A DNA stretch of 64,000 bases from contig JAZGHS010000212.1 of the NCBI GenBank assembly GCA_036481315.1, forward strand, positions 22,363 through 86,362, written 5' to 3'. This document shows, one piece after another, positions 17,054 to 26,419 of the stretch (positions are counted from its first letter, which is position 1; each line of letters starts with the position of its first letter). Origin of the DNA: Candidatus Zixiibacteriota bacterium. Its GTDB lineage: Bacteria; Zixibacteria; MSB-5A5; UBA10806. The notes below the pieces were generated by a model, which saw only the letters and a list, made by a program, of their open reading frames with translations, was not told where the DNA came from and did no database searches. The translations under genes and the position numbers were made by a program.

Positions 17054-19468
17054 ATGACTAAGATCGAAACATTGGAAAAAATAAAATGCTACCATTGCGG
17101 CGACGATTGCCGTGAATCCGATATTTCCATCGATAATAAATATTTCTGTTGTTCGGGATGCAGGTTTGTCTACGAGCTTTTTCGCGGGAACAAACTCGAC
17201 GGGTACTATCGCCTTAACGCTAATCCGGGAGTAAACAGGCGTGTCGGAGCCAGATCCGATCGCTTCGCCTGTCTTGAAGATCGGGATATCGCCCGAAAGC
17301 TCGTCGATTTCGCTGACGACAAGATAAATCGTGTCACTTTCCATATCCCGGGGATTCATTGCTCGTCGTGCGTATGGCTTCTTGAAAACCTGAACAGGCT
17401 CCACCCCGGCATACCTCTTTCCAGGGTAAACTATATGCGCAAAGAGGTATCGCTGACCTTCATCCCCGAACAAATCTCCCTCCGCGAAGTTGTAGAACTG
17501 CTGTCCTCGGTTGGCTACGACCCGGAAATCAATTTAAGAAATCTCGAGAGGAAAACAGTCGGCATGCCGAAAGACCGTCTATATACCAGGCTTACGGTTG
17601 CCGGGTTCTGTTTCGCCAATATCATGCTTTTCAGTTTTCCGGAATATTTCGACGCCGCGCAAATAGCACCGAAATTCAGAAATTTCTTCGGTTTTCTAAA
17701 GGTTGCTCTGGCCCTGCCGGTCTTCTTTTATAGCTCAGCCGTTTTTTTCAAATCGGCTTATCACGGTCTTCGCCAAAGGATAGTCAATATGGACGTACCC
17801 ATATCGCTGGGTATCCTTATGCTTTTCGCGCGATCGTTTTACGAGCTTTTCAGCGCTACAGGTATCGGTTATATGGATTCGTTCACCGGGTTGGTTTTCT
17901 TCCTTCTCATCGGGCGCGTTTTTCAGAAGAAGACTTACCAGAGGTTATCGTTCGACCGCGATTATAAATCTTACTTCCCCATCTCCGTAAACCGCAAAGA
18001 GGGTAATACGGAAATTCCCGTTGCCGTAAACAGGCTTGGTATCGGCGATAGGATCATTATCCGCAACAAGGAACTGGTCCCCGCCGATTCGGTTCTGCTC
18101 GAGGGTAATGGACAATTCGATTACAGTTTCGTCACCGGCGAATCGCAACCGCTTGAGAAAAAACCAGGCGATATAATCTACGCCGGAGGAAGGATCGCCG
18201 GAAAAGCGGTCGAGCTCGAGGTGATCAAAAAGGTATCCGAAAGCTACCTGGTGGAGCTCTGGGGCGACAACATTTTCAATCGAACCGAACGGACGGGTAT
18301 AGAGAGCTTATCGAATACAATCAGCAAATATTTCACCGTCGCCGTGATTACATTATCGATCGCGACCGCGGTATATTGGTATTTCGTCGATCCATCGGTG
18401 GCCGCCAACGCCGCCACCGCTGTTTTGATAATCGCCTGCCCCTGCGCCCTTGCCCTTTCGACCCCTTTCACGTTGGGAACAGCGACAAGAATACTGGGCC
18501 GTAACGGCTTCTTTTTAAGAAACAGCAGAATAGTGGAATCTTTGGCCGGAATCAACTCGATCGTATTCGATAAAACCGGCACGCTCACCAGGACAGGTGA
18601 ATCGAAAATTAAATTTATTGGCGTGGATCTTTCCGCCAGACAGCGCGCGATTGTTAAATCGATCACCGGGCAATCGTCTCATCCATTAAGCAGGAAAATT
18701 TCCCGCCTGTTTTCCGATGATCCCGTCGCCAACATCGAATCGTTCGAGGAATTTCCCGGGCTGGGGCTTTCGGGTGTAATTGACGATTCGACCGTTAAAA
18801 TAGGATCGGCTGAATGGATCGGATTAACAAACTCGGAACAACAATCAAGCGATAACTTCAAAACAAGAGTCTATTGCTCAGTAAATGATAACATTCTCGG
18901 CTATTTCTCTTTCACCAACGTGTACCGGGATGGTCTCGAATCGCTGATAAACTCTTTGAGATCGAAATTTCGATTATACCTTCTCTCCGGTGATAACGAC
19001 GGCGAAAGAGAAAATATGAAAAGACTTTTCGGCGACGATTCGCGAATGCTTTTCAATCAATCTCCACACGATAAATTGGAATTCGTAAAACAACTTCAAT
19101 CGGGAGGTGATAGAGTCGCCATGCTGGGCGATGGTCTTAACGACGCGGGATCGTTGAAACAGAGCGATATCGGGATCGCCGTCACGGTGGATACATCGTC
19201 GTTCTCTCCCGCCAGCGACGCTATCCTCGATTCGAACAGCCTGCATGTTTTTGATAAATTAGTCTTATTATCGATAAAATGTCTGCGGGTAATCAAAATT
19301 AGTTTCGGTATTTCGTTTCTATATAATATCATTGGTCTGAGTTTCGCTGTATCAGGGACGATTTCGCCCCTTTTATGCGCGGTACTGATGCCGTTAAGTT
19401 CGGTTTCGGTGGTTCTTTTTACTACCCTGACGATTGCTTTCCTCGCCAGGAGGTTGGAACTGTACTGA
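17054..19468 (+). CDS. ccoI: copper-translocating P1B-type ATPase CcoI/FixI
   Basis: N-terminal CYHCGDDC...CCSGC metal-binding domain; DKTGTLT phosphorylation site; GDGLNDAGSL hinge; CPC (IACPCALAL). Confidence 0.8.
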   Translation: MTKIETLEKIKCYHCGDDCRESDISIDNKYFCCSGCRFVYELFRGNKLDGYYRLNANPGVNRRVGARSDRFACLEDRDIARKLVDFADDKINRVTFHIPGIHCSSCVWLLENLNRLHPGIPLSRVNYMRKEVSLTFIPEQISLREVVELLSSVGYDPEINLRNLERKTVGMPKDRLYTRLTVAGFCFANIMLFSFPEYFDAAQIAPKFRNFFGFLKVALALPVFFYSSAVFFKSAYHGLRQRIVNMDVPISLGILMLFARSFYELFSATGIGYMDSFTGLVFFLLIGRVFQKKTYQRLSFDRDYKSYFPISVNRKEGNTEIPVAVNRLGIGDRIIIRNKELVPADSVLLEGNGQFDYSFVTGESQPLEKKPGDIIYAGGRIAGKAVELEVIKKVSESYLVELWGDNIFNRTERTGIESLSNTISKYFTVAVITLSIATAVYWYFVDPSVAANAATAVLIIACPCALALSTPFTLGTATRILGRNGFFLRNSRIVESLAGINSIVFDKTGTLTRTGESKIKFIGVDLSARQRAIVKSITGQSSHPLSRKISRLFSDDPVANIESFEEFPGLGLSGVIDDSTVKIGSAEWIGLTNSEQQSSDNFKTRVYCSVNDNILGYFSFTNVYRDGLESLINSLRSKFRLYLLSGDNDGERENMKRLFGDDSRMLFNQSPHDKLEFVKQLQSGGDRVAMLGDGLNDAGSLKQSDIGIAVTVDTSSFSPASDAILDSNSLHVFDKLVLLSIKCLRVIKISFGISFLYNIIGLSFAVSGTISPLLCAVLMPLSSVSVVLFTTLTIAFLARRLELY

Positions 19469-19631
19469 TATGGAAGTTATTTTCGTTTTAATAGGATTCT
19501 CGCTTCTTTTGGCCGTGGGTTTCTTAGCCGCCTTTTTCTGGGCGGTGCGCGACGGTCAGTTCGACGATACCCATACGCCATCGATGAGGGTACTTTTCGA
19601 CGATACGCCTGAAAATAATATCGATAAATAG
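19434..19631 (+). CDS. ccoS: cbb3 oxidase maturation protein CcoS/FixS
   Basis: 65 aa with a single TM helix and a conserved WAVRDGQFDD...P..VLFDD tail; overlaps the ccoI 3' end. Confidence 0.7.
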   Translation: MLSSPGGWNCTDMEVIFVLIGFSLLLAVGFLAAFFWAVRDGQFDDTHTPSMRVLFDDTPENNIDK

Positions 19632-19651
19632 TAAATACGGAGAGCTGATGG

Positions 19652-21784
19652 ATGACAATTGAGACGGTCAATTACGATAACAGAATAGTTCGAAGTTTCG
19701 GTATCGCTACGCTGGTCTGGGGTTCGGTGGGGATGCTTGTCGGGGTGGTCATCGCCATACAGATGTTTTTTCCGGCTTTGAACCTCGGCCTTGCCTTTAC
19801 CACCTTCGGACGACTTCGCCCGCTTCACACCAACGCCGTAATTTTCGCCTTCGTGGGTAACGCCATTTTCATGTCGGTCTATCATTCCCTGCCGCGACTT
19901 TGCAAAGCCGAGATGTTCAATAAGGCCTTAAGTAAATTCCATTTCTGGGGATGGCAGGCAATTATCGTCGCCGCCACCCTGACCCTGGTAACGGGAATCA
20001 CCACCGGCAAAGAGTACGCCGAACTGGAGTGGCCGATCGATATCCTGATCGCGGTAGTCTGGCTCGCGTTTGGCGCGAACATGTTCGGAACCATTTTCAA
20101 ACGTAGAGAACAGCATATGTACGTGGCGGTCTGGTTCTATATCGCTACATTCATCACCGTTACGATCCTCCACGTAGTCAACTCGATCGAACTACCTGTA
20201 TCATTTTTAAAAAGCTATCCGGTCTATGCCGGCGTTCAGGACGCCCTAGTGCAATGGTGGTACGGCCACAACGCGGTCGCCTTCTTTTTAACAACTCCAT
20301 ATCTCGGCATGATGTATTACTACCTGCCCAAAGCGGCCAACAGGCCGGTCTTCTCCTACAGGCTTTCCATAGTCCACTTCTGGGCGCTCATATTTATCTA
20401 CATTTGGGCCGGACCGCATCACCTGCTCTACTCGGCAATCCCCGACTGGGTTCAATCATTGGGCACCGTTTTCTCCATCATGCTCATCGCGCCGTCGTGG
20501 GGCGGTATGCTTAACGGCCTGCTTACGTTACGCGGAGCGTGGGATAAGGTACGAACAAGCCATGTCCTGAAATTTATGGTGGTAGCGATTACCGCCTACG
20601 GCATGGCCACCTTCGAGGGGCCGATGCTCGCGTTGAAAAACGTAAACGCCCTCTCCCATTTCACCGACTGGACGATAGCCCATACACATGTGGGGGCGTT
20701 AGGATGGAACGGTTTTCTGACTTTCGGGATTTTGTACTGGCTTATACCTCGTCTGTACGGAACGAAACTGTATTCGGATAAAATGGCCAACGCTCATTTC
20801 TGGATCGGTTTTCTGGGCATTCTGATCTATGTGATACCAATGTATTTCGCCGGGATAATCGAGGGTTTGATGTGGAAAGAGTTCACTCCCGACGGTTTCC
20901 TGCGCTACCCTAATTTCCTTGAGACGGTGCTTCAGGTAATTCCGATGTATATCATCCGGGCTGTGGGCGGAACGCTCTTTTTAATCGGAATGCTGTTGAT
21001 GACATTCAATCTCTTCAAAACAATAAGACTGGGATCGCTTATAGCCGAGGAAAAGGTCGAAGTCCCCGCCCTGGAAAACAACCGCGAAGAAATATACAAT
21101 CGCCGCAATTTCCACAGGTGGATCGAGAGACGTCCGGTGAAGTTTATCCTGGCCGCCACGGTCGCGGTATTGATAGGCGGGATTGTCGAAATGGTTCCGA
21201 CCTTCTTGATAAAATCGAATATCCCGACCATATCAAGCGTGAAACCCTACACGCCGCTGGAACTTCAGGGAAGGGATATTTACATAGCAGAGGGATGCTA
21301 CAACTGCCATTCTCAAATGATCAGACCTTTCAGATCGGAAACCGAACGTTACGGCGAATATTCCAAAGCGGGTGAATATGTTTACGATCATCCGTTCCAA
21401 TGGGGATCTAAACGCACCGGCCCCGATCTGATGCGGGTGGGAGGTAAATACCCCGATGCCTGGCATTATGGCCACATGATCGATCCCCCCTCGATGTCGC
21501 CCGGTTCGATAATGCCGCCGTATCCGTGGCTTGCCAACAACGAACTCGATATCGGTTCCACTCCGGCAAAGATTAACGCGATGCGGAAACTCGGCGTACC
21601 CTATCCGGAAGGCTACGAGAATATAGCAATCGAGGATCTTAATTCCCAAGCCAGGCAGATTGTCGGTATTTTAGGCGAGGCCGGTATCGAAATAAAAACC
21701 GATAGACAGATAATCGCCCTTATCGCCTATCTGCAAAGGATGGGGACAGACATCAAAGTCCAGAGGGAAGGGGGAGCGCGATGA
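19652..21784 (+). CDS. ccoN: cbb3-type cytochrome c oxidase, fused subunits I and II (CcoNO)
   Basis: 710 aa. Haem-copper oxidase helices with conserved His. C-terminal CcoO moiety with CYNCHSQ and GPDL..VGGKY..WHYGHMIDP. Confidence 0.85.
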   Translation: MTIETVNYDNRIVRSFGIATLVWGSVGMLVGVVIAIQMFFPALNLGLAFTTFGRLRPLHTNAVIFAFVGNAIFMSVYHSLPRLCKAEMFNKALSKFHFWGWQAIIVAATLTLVTGITTGKEYAELEWPIDILIAVVWLAFGANMFGTIFKRREQHMYVAVWFYIATFITVTILHVVNSIELPVSFLKSYPVYAGVQDALVQWWYGHNAVAFFLTTPYLGMMYYYLPKAANRPVFSYRLSIVHFWALIFIYIWAGPHHLLYSAIPDWVQSLGTVFSIMLIAPSWGGMLNGLLTLRGAWDKVRTSHVLKFMVVAITAYGMATFEGPMLALKNVNALSHFTDWTIAHTHVGALGWNGFLTFGILYWLIPRLYGTKLYSDKMANAHFWIGFLGILIYVIPMYFAGIIEGLMWKEFTPDGFLRYPNFLETVLQVIPMYIIRAVGGTLFLIGMLLMTFNLFKTIRLGSLIAEEKVEVPALENNREEIYNRRNFHRWIERRPVKFILAATVAVLIGGIVEMVPTFLIKSNIPTISSVKPYTPLELQGRDIYIAEGCYNCHSQMIRPFRSETERYGEYSKAGEYVYDHPFQWGSKRTGPDLMRVGGKYPDAWHYGHMIDPPSMSPGSIMPPYPWLANNELDIGSTPAKINAMRKLGVPYPEGYENIAIEDLNSQARQIVGILGEAGIEIKTDRQIIALIAYLQRMGTDIKVQREGGAR

Positions 21785-21975
21785 TCGGCGAGGTACTACA
21801 AACGATAAAGGGAATTGCACTGTTTCCAACCGTATCCCTGGTGATCTTCTTTGGATTTTTCGTCTCTATGATCGTATGGGTGGCCGGTCTGGATAAAGGT
21901 TACCGCGAGAAAATGAAAAGCATGCCCCTTAACGAGGACGGCAGCTTAAGCGACGGAGATCGGGATGATGGATAA
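21781..21975 (+). CDS. ccoQ: small membrane subunit, CcoQ/FixQ-like
   Basis: 64 aa, one TM helix, acidic tail; 4-bp overlap with ccoNO, 11-bp overlap with ccoP. Confidence 0.45.
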   Translation: MIGEVLQTIKGIALFPTVSLVIFFGFFVSMIVWVAGLDKGYREKMKSMPLNEDGSLSDGDRDDG

Positions 21976-22636
21976 AGACGATAAATTATTGGACCACGAA
22001 TACGATGGTATCCGAGAACATGATAACGAGCTTCCGCGATGGTGGCTTTACCTGTTCTATTTCACAATCGTCTGGGGAATCATATATCTTCTTTACTTCC
22101 ATGTTCTAGATTTCGGATATCTTTCAGCGGACGAATATTACAAGGAAATGAACCCGGCGTACGTAAGAGCAGGCGAGGGCGATACCAAATTGTTAGGAGT
22201 ATTACCCGAATATCATTCGCCGTATTACAATCCCAGCGGTGACATTACTCCCGCGTCCGCGGCCCAGCGGCAACCGGCAGTCGCCTATATCGAGGAAACC
22301 GCCGCCGCCGATACGATCGTATACACCCTATTGGCAGATCAACAATCGCTCGATGAGGGAAAAGCGATATTTGATAAAAACTGCGCCCAATGTCATGGCA
22401 AAGTCGGGCAGGGAGGGATCGGACCCAACCTCACCGACAATTACTGGATTCATGGCGGCTCCTTTACCGATATCGTCAAAATAATAAAATACGGTTTCCC
22501 GTCGAAAGGGATGATCGCCTGGCGGGGGACATTAAAACCCGGGCAGATTTTACAGGCGGCCAGCTATATCGAAACTATTCGGGGGACAAATCCCTCTAAA
22601 GCCAAGGCTCCGCAGGGTGAGCTTTACTCAGAGTAA
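21965..22636 (+). CDS. ccoP: cbb3 oxidase subunit III CcoP, mono-haem variant
   Basis: FixP N-terminal motif EYDGIREHDNELPRWW. Only one CxxCH (CAQCHG) in 223 aa. Confidence 0.7.
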   Translation: MMDKDDKLLDHEYDGIREHDNELPRWWLYLFYFTIVWGIIYLLYFHVLDFGYLSADEYYKEMNPAYVRAGEGDTKLLGVLPEYHSPYYNPSGDITPASAAQRQPAVAYIEETAAADTIVYTLLADQQSLDEGKAIFDKNCAQCHGKVGQGGIGPNLTDNYWIHGGSFTDIVKIIKYGFPSKGMIAWRGTLKPGQILQAASYIETIRGTNPSKAKAPQGELYSE

Positions 22637-22738
22637 TCGGGATGGGCGTTTCCGATGACACTACCAGGTTAAAGCCGACGGGAAGGTAGTCGAGGAAATC
22701 AAAACCTCTTTTATGGGTCCCGGTCCACGGAGGAATAA

Positions 22739-23200
22739 GTGACAGCTCTTTCTAAAAAAAGCTGGGGAACAGCTATCGCTGTTTTATTTGGATCGTTCGC
22801 CGTATTTATCCTGGCCCTTGTAGGTTTCGCGTCTTTGCAGCGATTTAATCTTGTGGAAATAAATTATTACGAGCAGGAATTAAAATATCAGGAGAAAATC
22901 GATAAGCTTAACCGGACTCATGCTATTCCCGATGGAATAACTCTGTTTCACAATCAACGAACCGGAATATTAAGCGTTATCTTCGATTTTGACGATTCGA
23001 CATCTACTATCGACGGTACCATCACATTTTTCAGACCTTCTGATTCAGCGCTCGATTTCATTGTACCGGTTAAGCCTGAAGAAAGCGGTATTCAATCAAT
23101 AAACATTACCGGACTTGCAAACGGACTCTGGAGAATCAAGGTGGATTGGCGTGTCGCCGGTGAAGATTATTATTTCGAGGATATTCTAGTAATAGATTAA
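22739..23200 (+). CDS. ccoH: CcoH/FixH-like assembly protein
   Basis: N-terminal TM helix plus a periplasmic beta-rich domain; its position in the cco cluster. Confidence 0.5.
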   Translation: MTALSKKSWGTAIAVLFGSFAVFILALVGFASLQRFNLVEINYYEQELKYQEKIDKLNRTHAIPDGITLFHNQRTGILSVIFDFDDSTSTIDGTITFFRPSDSALDFIVPVKPEESGIQSINITGLANGLWRIKVDWRVAGEDYYFEDILVID

Positions 23201-23206
23201 TGTAAA

Positions 23207-23965
23207 TTGATTATGGAAATCTGGACCGGATTCATTTTAGGACTGCTGGGAAGCCTCCACTGCGCCGGCATGTGCGGCCCCATAGTACTTGCGATCCCCT
23301 GGGGTTACGATAGAAAATTTGAATCTATTCTTAAACGACTCCTCTATCATACGGGGCGGATTTTTACATACTCGATAATTGGTTTGGTAGTTGGCTATAT
23401 CGGCGGGGCGATCGCTATTACAGGCTACCAGAACGTTTTATCCATCACGGTCGGGACTATTATTATAATCGCGTTTCTAATCCCTGCACGTTTCAAAGAG
23501 CGAATCATCACGGCTATCGGAATAAGCAAAATTTATAAGCAAATAAAAAAGCTCTGGGGATCTCTTTTTGGAATTAATTCTTTATTGTCAATATTCGTTC
23601 TGGGGATACTAAACGGGTTTTTACCCTGCGGGCTTGTCTATATCGCCTTGGCCGGGGCGGTGACGACCGGAGGATCATTGCAGGGGATGGCTTACATGAC
23701 CGCGTTCGGGCTTGGAACCGCTCCGATCCTTCTCGCCCTCTCATTTTTAGGCAACATTATCGGTCGAAACGCTCGTAAAATCATCGGCAAGCTGATTCCT
23801 GTAGCGGCAGTTGTTCTTGCCGTGTTATTCATTCTACGGGGGCTTTCCCTTGGAATTCCGTACATCAGCCCGAAAACAATGACAGATTCTAAAGGCGCCA
23901 CAAATATGGAATGCTGTCATCCTGCAAAACCGCCCGTAGAAAACTCGGTCGAGTCAGAACGATAG
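23207..23965 (+). CDS. DsbD_2-like polytopic membrane protein (HCAGMCGP motif)
   Basis: LHCAGMCGP and LPCGLVY motifs, 6 TM helices; family commonly found adjacent to cco clusters. Confidence 0.45.
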   Translation: MIMEIWTGFILGLLGSLHCAGMCGPIVLAIPWGYDRKFESILKRLLYHTGRIFTYSIIGLVVGYIGGAIAITGYQNVLSITVGTIIIIAFLIPARFKERIITAIGISKIYKQIKKLWGSLFGINSLLSIFVLGILNGFLPCGLVYIALAGAVTTGGSLQGMAYMTAFGLGTAPILLALSFLGNIIGRNARKIIGKLIPVAAVVLAVLFILRGLSLGIPYISPKTMTDSKGATNMECCHPAKPPVENSVESER

Positions 23966-24175
23966 ATATAGTTTGTCATTTTGTTGGTGAGCGCCCGTCG
24001 AATTTATTACTTGTAGTTATTCCCCTTCCCCGGAAAATACCGGATCTTCATTTCATTCTTGCCAAAAGGTACAATTTATAGTACTTGATTACCCGAAATA
24101 AGTATCTTACCGGATGTTCGGCGTAAATAGTAAATCCGCGGGTACTTTTGGAAAACTAAAAACTGGAGCGGTATC

Positions 24176-25078
24176 ATGATTAATAATAAATTAAATAAAT
24201 TTATCGCGGTAATTATAATTACAGTAATCTTAACCGGTTGCGAATCGAAGAAATCCCGGGAATTAATTTCCGCCGCTGATTTCCTTCCAGAAAAAATCGA
24301 ATCCGCGGAGATCGAACGATCCTCCGAGGTGAGAACTTTCGTCGGCGAATCGCTTTATGAGTATATCAACGGCGGCGCGGAGATCTATCATAAATATAAA
24401 TTTATAGAGGTCCTCACAGCCGATTACAATACAGGCGATATCGAAATGACCGTCGATATATTCAAGTTCGAAGACGGCGATCATTCCTACGGGCTTTACG
24501 CGACACATCGACCGCCCGAACCCGATTTTATCAATCTCGGCGCGGAGGGATTTAGAACCGATGTCACGGTAGATTTTGTCAAAGGCCAGTTTTATGTAAA
24601 AATAATAGGCTTTGAAGAGGTTGAACAAACCCCGGTAAGCGTGATTACCCTAGCCCGGGAAATCGAGAAATTAATCCCAGGTGACAAATTCCTTCCCCGT
24701 CCGTTCGCCCTTTTCCCGGTCGGAGAGATTTTGGAGGCCAACGACAAGATGTTCGCCGACTCCTTTTTAGGGCAGCGGTTTCTAACCTATTTTTTCGTCC
24801 GGAAATATCAGGTGGACAACGATACCCTAACCCTTTTTATCACCGAGAAAGACGCTGGCGGTAAATTCTCGCGCTGGTTCGAGCTGGCGTCCGAAGAGGG
24901 GATGGCCGAACCGGGTCCGGAGGAGCTTCCTTTCGACGATGGCATGGTATTGGTGATGGATTATGTTTATTACGGCAAGATTATCGCCGGATTCAAAGAC
25001 GGCAGGCTATTGGGTATTACCAATTACGATGACGATAAAAGTGACTTTTTAATCGAATGGCTCGAATCGCTGCCTTGA
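24176..25078 (+). CDS. lipoprotein of unknown function; paralog of 56138..57049
   Basis: Lipobox LTGC. Shared motif Y(E/R)YINGGAE(I/V)Y with the 56138 product. Confidence 0.5.
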   Translation: MINNKLNKFIAVIIITVILTGCESKKSRELISAADFLPEKIESAEIERSSEVRTFVGESLYEYINGGAEIYHKYKFIEVLTADYNTGDIEMTVDIFKFEDGDHSYGLYATHRPPEPDFINLGAEGFRTDVTVDFVKGQFYVKIIGFEEVEQTPVSVITLAREIEKLIPGDKFLPRPFALFPVGEILEANDKMFADSFLGQRFLTYFFVRKYQVDNDTLTLFITEKDAGGKFSRWFELASEEGMAEPGPEELPFDDGMVLVMDYVYYGKIIAGFKDGRLLGITNYDDDKSDFLIEWLESLP

Positions 25079-25107
25079 AATAAGAAAATTAAAACGCTGG
25101 CTTATTA

Positions 25108-26325
25108 TCAAGCGTACATCGATTTCAACTCACCTATATTCCTATCGATATCTATGGCTCTGATACAACGGGCGCCGCATGATGAGCATAAACCGCATAC
25201 CCCGATGCTTTTGTTTTTCGGGATATCATCAATAGTGACCCGGGCGTGAACAAGGTTGCCATAGGAAGCGGCGTACATATGTGTGCGCATCAACGTGGGG
25301 ATATCCACACCGTTTGGGCAGGTCGGTTCGCATTGACGGCATTGACGGCAGAATCCCATGCCAAGTTTGATATTGTTGTCTGATAAAAGTTCCTCTTCCT
25401 CAGGCGTATATTCGAGATCGGAAGCGACCGAGAAATCCTCGCGCATATGTTGGAAATTATCGAAACCGGGGATCGACGTCGAGATACTCTTATTACGCAA
25501 AACCCATTTTAATGAGGCTTTCATTATGGTCGAGCTATCGAATTTACGTGAAGCATCGGACGACGCCAATCGTTGTCCCCCGGATTGCGTTTTCATAGCT
25601 ATTAAGCCCACCCCTTTGGACGCGGCGTTTTCGATAGCGTTCAGCATTCCGTCATCGTCGGCCATAGTCACGTTGAATCCCGTCAGCACTACATCGTAGA
25701 ATCCGCCCTCGGCCACCGCGTTTATAACGTCGGTCATGTTTTCATGGGTAGAGACGGCAGCGAACCTGATCTTGCCCTGTTTCTTCAGGGTCGTTAACGC
25801 GTCTTGAATATTGTCGTCGTTGACATCGTCGACGCTGGCAACGGAGTGAATATACAGAATATCGATATAATCGGTTTTCAGGCGGCTTAAACTCCCTTCG
25901 CAAAGGTTGATCAGTTTAGCCCGAACCTGTTTCGATGACATTTCGCCCCTTTGTGCCGGCCTCAATTCCTTCGTGCCGACTATAACCTTATCTCTTACTC
26001 CCAACCTGCTGATTACCTCTCCCAACATCTGCTCGTTTCGGCCGTACTGATATCTGGCCGCCGTATCGAAATGCCGAATACCTGCCTCATAGGCGGCATG
26101 AACGATCTCGGGATTGTCGGCATTCATCACACCCATGCTGACAACCGGAATGCTCAAGCCGGTCTTTCCCAGAGTGCGATGGATAATCTCATCTGTCCCT
26201 GTTTTCCCGTCCGACCCCTTCTGGGCGAAGGCAAGCCCGGGGGAGATGCCGAAAACGCCCGCCGCGGCAAGGCCGGTTGTGGCCGTAGAAAGAAATCCTC
26301 TTCTCGTAACTTTAGATTTTCCCAT
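25108..26325 (-). CDS. Tat-exported aldo/keto reductase with a C-terminal 4Fe-4S ferredoxin-like domain
   Basis: Twin-arginine signal VTRRGFLSTATTGLAAAGVFG; AKR core; C-terminal CRQCRQCEPTCP ... CGLCSSCGARC. Confidence 0.7.
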   Translation of the reverse strand: MGKSKVTRRGFLSTATTGLAAAGVFGISPGLAFAQKGSDGKTGTDEIIHRTLGKTGLSIPVVSMGVMNADNPEIVHAAYEAGIRHFDTAARYQYGRNEQMLGEVISRLGVRDKVIVGTKELRPAQRGEMSSKQVRAKLINLCEGSLSRLKTDYIDILYIHSVASVDDVNDDNIQDALTTLKKQGKIRFAAVSTHENMTDVINAVAEGGFYDVVLTGFNVTMADDDGMLNAIENAASKGVGLIAMKTQSGGQRLASSDASRKFDSSTIMKASLKWVLRNKSISTSIPGFDNFQHMREDFSVASDLEYTPEEEELLSDNNIKLGMGFCRQCRQCEPTCPNGVDIPTLMRTHMYAASYGNLVHARVTIDDIPKNKSIGVCGLCSSCGARCIRAIDIDRNIGELKSMYA

Positions 26326-26419
26326 TATCTCCTCCGTAAATTCCCGTTGTCGATAGCCGTTGCCTTACAAACTGAATTTTATCTCAATTTCAAATAGTTG
26401 GCAATAAATTATCTCTCAT

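Noticed and set aside
16988-17473. 161-aa minus-strand ORF
   Set aside because: Antisense to the well-supported ccoI N-terminus (CxxC metal-binding domain); a shadow ORF.
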